Part shown: one piece after another, positions 25,073 through 32,000 of the stretch
How the letters are laid out: the number at the start of each line of letters is the position of its first letter
Numbering within the stretch: position 1 is the stretch's first letter
DNA from: Balneolaceae bacterium
GTDB taxonomy: Bacteria; Bacteroidota; Rhodothermia; Balneolales; Balneolaceae
Direction: 5' to 3'
Assembly: GCA_017640665.1 (NCBI GenBank)
Contig: JAEPQE010000001.1
Location: 481,262-513,261, forward strand
DNA length: 32,000 nt
Position numbers and translations under genes: made by a program
Notes under the pieces: generated by a model
What the model was told of the DNA's origin: nothing
What the model saw: only the letters and a program-made list of their open reading frames with translations
Databases searched by the model: none

Positions 25073-28000
25073 TTACTTTGGTGCCATCACCTTCACCCAT
25101 GTTCCGGGAGTTCTTGCGCTTATCGACTCATCATACATAGCCTCGGTGCTTATTGCAGGCAGATAGAACTCACCCAAATAACTGGCATTTAATTGAATTC
25201 TGAATACCTTTGTCGCTGTGCTTTTTAAATCAAAATAGGTATACACCCGATCGTCGCGAATATCCTGATAATCAAAACTGGAGGTAGGCTCGCTGAATGA
25301 TTCTCCATCCATACGTGTATTTCGAATTTCCCATCCGGAAGGAAAAATCTGAGTTAACGCCATTTCTGCATAATCGCCACGTAGTCCGGGATTTCTTATA
25401 GAAACTTCTGCTACGAAATCAGTTCCCTGTTCAATTTCGTTTGGGTTGATCTCATCCCCATCCAAATCAATAAAACGAATTTTCTGAACAAGGCTGTTTG
25501 AAGATGATACATTGTCTCCAATCAAAGGTGTCCCTTCCAGAATCAACCGAGCGAAAAGAGTGCCCTCAGATTTGTTCTCCAGCTCCAGTTCGTTTTCTGA
25601 ATATTCATCCATATTTAACGGAATTTGGGTAACAAAAGCAGAAGTCCTTATTGACCCCTCCCTGTCTCCATTTAAAATAAAGGAAGCGATCATTTCTCCA
25701 GACGTATTAAACCGATCCAGAAATTTGGAGATCGCAATTAACGAGTAAGCAGCGGTTTGTGTACTCAACCAACGTTTAGAGCTTAGCTGTACCGAAATAT
25801 CTCTGGCTAGTACCGTTGCTTCTTCCCTTCGGTTCATCAAAGAAAGTGTTTCTAAGATCATCGCCTTATCTCTTAGCGAAGAGCCAAAATTACCTGAAAG
25901 TTCTTTGTAATCAGGAACTGAAGTTGTAGCCCCTTCCAAAATCTTGTTTGCTGCTTCTGTTTGACCAATTAATACATAGGCAGCCGCCAACCTCCATTTC
26001 GCCTGAACGGTTAAATCATCTCGTTCCCTAAAACGATTCATTGCACCAAGCTCGGGAGTATTCGCCAAGGCAAGAGTGTATAACCTGTAAGCCTGGGTTA
26101 AATCCGATCTTCTGTAATCAGATTCAGTCCAGTTGCGGGCATGAGACTGCTGAAAACGATTGATACTTCTCATTAGATTTGGGGGAACGTAATATCCAAG
26201 CTTTTGCGCTTCCAGCAAAAAATGATAGCCATAGCTTGTCGCCCATGAATTTGCGTTTTCATATCCAGGCCAATAGCCGAGCCCGCCACTGGGAGTTAAG
26301 AAGCGGCTGAGTCGTGTAATCGCGCCTTCAATATTATTCTCTACTCTGGATTGCTGCTCATCGCTGATATCCATCACATCCGATATAAATAATTGCGGGA
26401 ATGCCGAAGAAGTTGTCTGCTCGATGCATCCATGCGGGTAACGAAGCAAATAATCCAGTCTTCTTCCAAAATCAATGGGTGGAATTCTGGAAACTTCCAA
26501 CATAGCCGTGTTGGTCCCAATCATTCCCTGCGGATCAAAATTGAGCGACCAGGTTTCACTTTCGTCCAAAACTTCTTCTTTGATGTCAACGAAAGGAGTG
26601 TTGGGATTTCGAACGGCGATTTCGATTTCGTGGTATGCCGTTTCTTGGCCACTTCGCACTTCAACCCGAACGGTACCCACCCCGATTTCGGACTTCGTTT
26701 TAAGAGTAAAATTAACCAACTGATCCCCGGGCTCGTCAAATCGAATGGTGCTGGAAGCCTCTCCCTGAATCTCAAAAATATCGCTTGCTTCCAGTAGAAC
26801 ACTTACATTCCTAACATCTTCTTTCATTGCAAACACACTTACCGGAAGATGCACCGTTTCGGAGGGACCAAGCACTCTGGGCAGGGTAGTGAGTACCATT
26901 ACAGGTTTTCGAACGGGAGTTGTTTTCTCAACCTGACCATAAGCTCCGTCTTGACCTGCAATCACCATGGTTCGTACCGAGCCTATATAATTAGGAATAG
27001 AAATAGTGTGCTGATTGGTTTCGCCAGGTCTGAGATAATACGGACCTTTGAACCTAACCATAGGCTTGAATCGGTTTGCCTCATTTAGCGGATCAAGTTC
27101 CTGCTCCGAACCGTCTCCCCCAACGGATAAAATTCTGGAGATATTCCCGGAGAAACTGCCGGTCACAAACTCGTACATGTCCCATGTTTTCACCCCCAAA
27201 GCTTCGCGAGCATAAAAAACATCGTGAGGTTCAGGTGTTTTGAAATTGGTCAGATCAAGCAAACCTTCGTCGACCATGGCAATGGTATAAGTCATCGCCC
27301 TTCCATCTGATTCGCTGATATTAATCGTAGTATTTGTTTCCGGTTTAAATTCTACCGCTGTTTCTATCTGGGGATTCAACCTTGTAAACGAATCTTCAAT
27401 GGTTATTGGAATAACCCCGTACATCCTGATCGGTAAATCGTTTTCTTTTTGGGCATGTTGCTGCACGTGCATCACATGAGCATAAATGGTAGGACTCATC
27501 GAGGCATCTGCAAAGAAACTGAATGTCGTCTCATCTTTCTGGCCATCAATCCAGGTTGATTTCAAAATTTTTGATCCGGTTTCGAGGCTCACCAATATTT
27601 TACTTCCTTCACTACTCGGAATATTCAGTGTTACTTCTTCATCTACATTGTACGTTTCTTTGTCTGAGCTGAAGGTAAGTCGGGCCGGACTTACCGAAGT
27701 ACCCCTGCCTCTCCACCAACTGAAATACACAATTTGACTAGCTGAATGCCTGCCTTTTGGATCAACGATCCGAACGAGATATCTACCCCCATCTTCTCCT
27801 TGTGGCAGTCTTAGATTGAGCTCGTTGGTCCCATCAGATCGTGTAGTTATTTCTCCATCAAGAACTTTCCGAACTTCTCTGCGCTCAAAAAAACTGCTGA
27901 TATTTTCACGGCCTCGTTCCCACCACCAACGCCATCCAATTCGATAGACTTCGTATTCCAGTTCTTTAAATCCAACCGGGTTTCCTTCTTCATCTACCGA

Positions 28001-30598
28001 GGCTACTTCGAAGGTATGGGCTTCCCTGCGGGACAACCAATTACCGTAACTGTTCTCATCTGTTACGGGAGCTTTAATTCCTACCAATGTCTTAAAAGGA
28101 TAATAGAACGTACTTGCTCTGCCCACACTAAAGCTTCCTGAGGGCTCAAAAACCCGTAAATTCAGGTTTACTCTGAATCGCGCCGGACCTTGATCGATCG
28201 CACCAAACTGATATTCAAACTCCCTCTCTCCTGAAGCACTCAAGGCGCCTTCGAAAATCTGCTCCGGAGTCGAGGAAAACGAAACACTTTCATCGTTAAA
28301 ACTGAATCCCCGAAAATCATCGAACACAGGTTCTGAACTTGTTAAACTCATTTCAACATCAGCTTTCAGGTTTTTGGCTATAGCTCCGTGCAACCATTGT
28401 GAACTTAATTTCGCTTCAAGGCTACGGGTTCTGGCAGTTACTTTTTCATCCTCAAAGTCAACCTCTACTTTTAATCGATTTGGTTTAACCGATTCTATCT
28501 TCAACGTTTTGTTAAATGAAAGTGCCCCTACCCGAGCGGTTAACCGCCAGTTTCCGGTAGGAGCCTGTTTTTCGGTTTGTCCCCGATACACATAAAATCC
28601 GTTCAGTGAAGCCGTGTATGTTTCCCTGTCAACAAGTTGCCCGGAAGGGTCACGAAGTTCAAAAGTAACCGGATGATCTTCAGGTAATGTTTCATTCTCG
28701 TCCTCAAGAATTAATGATACAAATAAGGTATCACCGGGTCGCCAAACACCGCGTTCCCCATACAAAAATCCTTTCACACCTTGCTGTACTGTTGCTCCTG
28801 AAACATCGAAATCAGTTACAGAAAGAGAAGTGCCGTCATCTAATCTTAGATAACCTTTTTGATTGTCTAGCTCAGCAACTGCGTAGTATGGAGTTCGATC
28901 GGCCTTAAGGGTTGCTTTGCCTTCTGCATCGGTTTGAGATTCGGCTATTTTCTGCTGCTGAAAATCAAATATAGAAACCAAAACTCCCGTTTTAGGTTGG
29001 GCCGAAATCAAATCAGTAACAAAAAAATGTAACTGATCATCCTGTCCCTTTTTTGCAATCAATCCAAGATCAGAAGCCAACACGTTCCTGCTCACTCTTC
29101 GGTTTGCCATATAATAAGAGACTGCGCATGGGTTATCCCGATCCCTCCAATTGTAATTTCTGGGATAGTAGTACGAACTGAAGCTATTCCAATACGCCTC
29201 CTCCTCTTCCGCACTCAACTCCCAGCTTCGATTAGTAATCTGTTCGGAAATAATTGTATTTCCTGCTTCACAGGGATATACTGCCTGATGTGCTCTGAAC
29301 CCAATTTCAACCATATAAATAGCTCCGGGTTTTGGTTTAATCAACTTAGAGAGATCCAATGCGTAATTATTCCAGGCCCCGGGATCCAGATTCCCCAGAG
29401 ATGAAAGTGGAATCACGCCACCAAAAACTGGGCGACCAACTTTTCGGATGTTCCACTGATTAATGCCAGATAGATTCTGCTCTTGCAGAAACTGCCCCAC
29501 ATTACTTTCAAAAATCCGGGTCACCTGAACATCAACCGCACCCAGGCTAACTGCTTTAAACGGCAACAGTAAATCTTCTGACCTCGGGATAATAACTCCC
29601 TTTCCCAGCAAGGCAACTTCGGGTTTAGGTTGTGAGAACCGGACTTCACGCCGATGCGTAATGCCCAGTCTTGTCCCTGAAGCACTTCGTATTGCCTCGT
29701 TTATCACAAGTACTTCAGGAGTGCTTCTTCGGGCTCGTGGATTAATGGTGAGCTTGTTCTCATTCACAATAAAATTGAGTTCTACTGGTCTTTCAAGCGT
29801 AATAAGCCCATTCAAATTTTGAGAAACATCCAGAGGATCAGAAAAAGTAAGCTCTATTCTTGGGTTTTGATCTCGAAAAACTCGGGTTTCCAGAAGCTCA
29901 AAAGCCCCTTGCTCAAGCACTTCAATTATCTTTTCCCCTTTTGATGAAGCCATGATCGGAGTTCCATTCCATTGAACAACCACTTCTGAAGCACTCTGCT
30001 TTCGGGTGATCCCAGAGATCTGGAACTGATGTTCTTTTTGTGAGTTATTTTGAGACCATGAAACAGATAGTGCATCCCCATCCTGTACAGCTTTTACGGT
30101 TCGTTTCATATTATCCAACGCTGCCCTATCAGCGGTATAAGCAACTCCCTTCACTACCTGATCGTTTTTGTTTCCCGGCAATGGTTCAATCCCTGAAAAC
30201 TCAATTTCTATATCTTGTTTAATCGTCGAAAAACTGAAAACAAACGTTTGCTTTTCCTCAGGAAGCTCCAACACTTTTCCTAAATTAACCCTTGTCGTGT
30301 ATTCCGTATCGTTTTTTAATGGGGATGAAGGTTTAAACACAACAGTACGGTCATTCACCCACTGAGCCTCTCCTTTTATGGATGGGGTAAACTCGAGTAA
30401 CTCATTTGTGATTTTATCTGATACATCTTTTGAAAAAGAAACCGCTACATCATCAAATCTACTTATCTCTCCTGAAGTATATCCTGAGATATATTCTTCG
30501 AAATCGACCGGTACCGAGAATCCGTTTCTTTCTGGTTTAGCACAGGATATGATTACAATTAACAACAATAGAAACAGAGAATGACTAGTGCGGAGCAT
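25073..30598 (-). CDS. yfhM: Bacterial alpha-2-macroglobulin family lipoprotein (YfhM/ECAM-like) with an intact thioester
   Basis: 1841 aa with a lipobox (VIISC) and the thioester motif RYPHGCIEQTTSSAFPQ. It has a long series of MG-like beta-sandwich segments and sits in the canonical pairing with pbpC. Confidence 0.95.
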   Translation of the reverse strand: MLRTSHSLFLLLLIVIISCAKPERNGFSVPVDFEEYISGYTSGEISRFDDVAVSFSKDVSDKITNELLEFTPSIKGEAQWVNDRTVVFKPSSPLKNDTEYTTRVNLGKVLELPEEKQTFVFSFSTIKQDIEIEFSGIEPLPGNKNDQVVKGVAYTADRAALDNMKRTVKAVQDGDALSVSWSQNNSQKEHQFQISGITRKQSASEVVVQWNGTPIMASSKGEKIIEVLEQGAFELLETRVFRDQNPRIELTFSDPLDVSQNLNGLITLERPVELNFIVNENKLTINPRARRSTPEVLVINEAIRSASGTRLGITHRREVRFSQPKPEVALLGKGVIIPRSEDLLLPFKAVSLGAVDVQVTRIFESNVGQFLQEQNLSGINQWNIRKVGRPVFGGVIPLSSLGNLDPGAWNNYALDLSKLIKPKPGAIYMVEIGFRAHQAVYPCEAGNTIISEQITNRSWELSAEEEEAYWNSFSSYYYPRNYNWRDRDNPCAVSYYMANRRVSRNVLASDLGLIAKKGQDDQLHFFVTDLISAQPKTGVLVSIFDFQQQKIAESQTDAEGKATLKADRTPYYAVAELDNQKGYLRLDDGTSLSVTDFDVSGATVQQGVKGFLYGERGVWRPGDTLFVSLILEDENETLPEDHPVTFELRDPSGQLVDRETYTASLNGFYVYRGQTEKQAPTGNWRLTARVGALSFNKTLKIESVKPNRLKVEVDFEDEKVTARTRSLEAKLSSQWLHGAIAKNLKADVEMSLTSSEPVFDDFRGFSFNDESVSFSSTPEQIFEGALSASGEREFEYQFGAIDQGPARFRVNLNLRVFEPSGSFSVGRASTFYYPFKTLVGIKAPVTDENSYGNWLSRREAHTFEVASVDEEGNPVGFKELEYEVYRIGWRWWWERGRENISSFFERREVRKVLDGEITTRSDGTNELNLRLPQGEDGGRYLVRIVDPKGRHSASQIVYFSWWRGRGTSVSPARLTFSSDKETYNVDEEVTLNIPSSEGSKILVSLETGSKILKSTWIDGQKDETTFSFFADASMSPTIYAHVMHVQQHAQKENDLPIRMYGVIPITIEDSFTRLNPQIETAVEFKPETNTTINISESDGRAMTYTIAMVDEGLLDLTNFKTPEPHDVFYAREALGVKTWDMYEFVTGSFSGNISRILSVGGDGSEQELDPLNEANRFKPMVRFKGPYYLRPGETNQHTISIPNYIGSVRTMVIAGQDGAYGQVEKTTPVRKPVMVLTTLPRVLGPSETVHLPVSVFAMKEDVRNVSVLLEASDIFEIQGEASSTIRFDEPGDQLVNFTLKTKSEIGVGTVRVEVRSGQETAYHEIEIAVRNPNTPFVDIKEEVLDESETWSLNFDPQGMIGTNTAMLEVSRIPPIDFGRRLDYLLRYPHGCIEQTTSSAFPQLFISDVMDISDEQQSRVENNIEGAITRLSRFLTPSGGLGYWPGYENANSWATSYGYHFLLEAQKLGYYVPPNLMRSINRFQQSHARNWTESDYRRSDLTQAYRLYTLALANTPELGAMNRFRERDDLTVQAKWRLAAAYVLIGQTEAANKILEGATTSVPDYKELSGNFGSSLRDKAMILETLSLMNRREEATVLARDISVQLSSKRWLSTQTAAYSLIAISKFLDRFNTSGEMIASFILNGDREGSIRTSAFVTQIPLNMDEYSENELELENKSEGTLFARLILEGTPLIGDNVSSSNSLVQKIRFIDLDGDEINPNEIEQGTDFVAEVSIRNPGLRGDYAEMALTQIFPSGWEIRNTRMDGESFSEPTSSFDYQDIRDDRVYTYFDLKSTATKVFRIQLNASYLGEFYLPAISTEAMYDESISARTPGTWVKVMAPK

Positions 30599-30651
30599 TT
30601 TTTAAACCGTTTAGAATTAAGAATGTTAGGGTGTAAAATTCCGTACCACAG

Positions 30652-30694
30652 TTTTTATAAAAAGTTCGCGCTTCGCAAGAATTTTTTATAAAAA
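30652..30694. repeat. Twin 12-bp perfect palindromes TTTTTATAAAAA spaced 31 bp centre to centre, between the sigma factor and the alpha-2-macroglobulin gene
   Basis: Copies lie at 30652-30663 and 30683-30694. Each is self-complementary. They flank the GC-rich spacer gttcgcgcttcgcaagaat. Confidence 0.4.
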
Positions 30695-30788
30695 CCCTAA
30701 AATCAAGCCCTCACACCGTCTTCCAGGCTGAGGTTTACGTAGGTGAGATTTACTGATTAACGTAGGACTGAGAAAAGAAAGGCTTTTT

Positions 30789-32000
30789 CTAGTTGTGGCG
30801 GATGTTCATAGTATCGCATTCCATTATTTTCTTTTCTATGAACTGCTTATCCGGCTCTTTTAAGGTTAAATCCAAAGCTACCTGGTAATACGATTTTGCT
30901 ATTTCATATCTTTCCAGTTGCCTGTTTATATCCGCAATGGCTGCAAACAGTAAAGGTCTTTTTATAGCGTCTGATTTCTTTTCAAGTTCTTTCAACAACT
31001 CCAGACCTTGTTCAAAACCCTTTACTCTGCTGAATGCAATTGCATGATTCAGCCGAACCATCGTAGAATCATCTATTTCCAAAAGTTTTTCATAGCAAAA
31101 CAGGATAGTATCCCAGTCTGTTTCTTCAAAGGTAGCTGCTGAACAATGAACCGAAGCAATGGCAGACTCCAAATGATATCTGCTTAGTTCGCTGCTACTT
31201 CGGGATTTTTTAAGAAAATTAAACCCAACACCGATAAGCTCTTTATCCCACTTAGAACGATCCTGCTCAGCAATTTCTATTAGTTCCCCTACTCCGTTTA
31301 GTCGTGATGGAAATCGTGCCATGGTTAAATACATTAAAGAAAGAAGAGCATAAATTTTACCTTCATCAACTTCCGGAATTTCCAGAAGCAGCAGCGTTAG
31401 CCGGATAGATTCATAACACAGCTCTTCATCAATAATCACTTTACTTCTTGTCGTTTTATAGCCCTCGTTAAATATCAGATAAAGGATAGTAAACACCGTT
31501 TCCATCCGGTCGGATATCTCGGAAAGAAAGGGAATACCAATTTGCTCGTTCTGTTCTTTAAGTTTATTTCGGGCTCTGAAAATCCCCTTTTTTACTGCTG
31601 AGGGACTCATCAGCAATGCGTTGGCTATCTCCTTATCTCCAAATCCGGAAAGCACCTTTAGTGTGAGCATAATCTGTGCTTTGGCTTTTAAATCCGGATG
31701 GCAACACGCAAATAGTACTCTAAGTTGGCTATCCTTTATTTCATGATCCAGAAAGAGTTCGTCTATCGTTTCTTCGGCTTGCTCGTAATGGATTTTCTCG
31801 TTCTTTTCAGCGTGTCTCTTTTTACGATTCAGTTCGTTGATGATTTTATTCTTTGCCACTAACATCAACCATGCTTCAGGGTTCTCAGGGCTCCCTTTTA
31901 TACCCCAAATTTTTATAGCCGATAGAAATGTCTCCTGAATAATATCCTCAATGAGTTCGGTATTCTGAAAACCAAAGATTCGGGTTAAAATAGCAGACAT
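30789..32000 (-). CDS. ECF-type RNA polymerase sigma factor with a long C-terminal TPR-like extension (ECF42-like), 5'-partial at the window edge
   Basis: Region 2 (EDIIQETFLSAIKIWGIKGSPENPEAWLMLVAKNKIINELNRKK), region 4 (LTLKVLSGFGDKEIANALLMSPSAVKKGIFRARNKL), then ~240 aa of helical repeats. Sigma region 2 normally starts ~20-25 aa earlier, so the ATG at 32000 is probably internal. Confidence 0.85.
   Translation of the reverse strand: MSAILTRIFGFQNTELIEDIIQETFLSAIKIWGIKGSPENPEAWLMLVAKNKIINELNRKKRHAEKNEKIHYEQAEETIDELFLDHEIKDSQLRVLFACCHPDLKAKAQIMLTLKVLSGFGDKEIANALLMSPSAVKKGIFRARNKLKEQNEQIGIPFLSEISDRMETVFTILYLIFNEGYKTTRSKVIIDEELCYESIRLTLLLLEIPEVDEGKIYALLSLMYLTMARFPSRLNGVGELIEIAEQDRSKWDKELIGVGFNFLKKSRSSSELSRYHLESAIASVHCSAATFEETDWDTILFCYEKLLEIDDSTMVRLNHAIAFSRVKGFEQGLELLKELEKKSDAIKRPLLFAAIADINRQLERYEIAKSYYQVALDLTLKEPDKQFIEKKIMECDTMNIRHN

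Noticed and set aside
21304-30584. Numerous 60-134-aa ORFs antisense to the FliG-like, pbpC and alpha-2-macroglobulin genes (e.g. 21304-21507, 22974-23216, 24324-24546, 26393-26802, 28374-28908, 30040-30584)
   Set aside because: All are fully nested in long, motif-supported CDSs on the opposite strand or frame, which is typical of shadow ORFs.
1-32000. CRISPR arrays, rRNA, transposases/IS elements, toxin-antitoxin pairs and known defence-system signatures
   Set aside because: I found no regularly spaced repeats and no rRNA-like conserved blocks. I also found no DDE or HUH transposase motifs and no small paired ORFs in the few intergenic regions. Their absence is judged by eye and should be confirmed computationally.

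Overview
The window is about 90% coding, AT-rich and lipoprotein-rich. Fused CzcA-OMF and polytopic-membrane AraC regulators suggest a Bacteroidota/Balneolota-type marine bacterium, but that is inference only. All protein-family calls come from reading motifs by eye; no database search was run.

Six blocks are visible:
1. 1-6976 (+): a heavy-metal efflux unit. It holds a 5'-partial CzcA-type RND pump fused in frame to a TolC/CzcC-like outer membrane factor, a CzcB-like adaptor, an HMA-domain::AraC regulator, and a Zn/Cd-type P1B ATPase with a terminator.
2. 6980-8591: a lone tyrosine integrase bracketed by two different, outward-facing tRNA 3' fragments (tRNA-Met CAU-like and tRNA-Arg ACG). 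Each fragment is followed by a hairpin terminator.
3. 8704-17367: a mixed accessory stretch. It contains two paralogous 'membrane AraC -> beta-propeller lipoprotein -> small enzyme' modules plus PaiB, a PAP2 phosphatase and a YwaF-like membrane protein.
4. 17402-22430 (-): the most interesting locus. It is a tightly packed five-gene operon encoding a signal/TM - periplasmic ring-like domain - TM - full FliG-like fusion protein, a secreted protein with a beta-barrel-like C-terminal half, a TPR lipoprotein, MotA and MotB. No other flagellar gene lies in the 32 kb. I interpret it as a candidate non-flagellar, trans-envelope rotor-stator machine.
5. 22678-30598 (-): the known alpha-2-macroglobulin (thioester CIEQ) plus PBP1C pair.
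6. 30789-32000 (-): a 5'-partial ECF-type sigma factor with a long TPR-like C-terminal extension.

I saw no rRNA, intact tRNA, CRISPR array or transposase.
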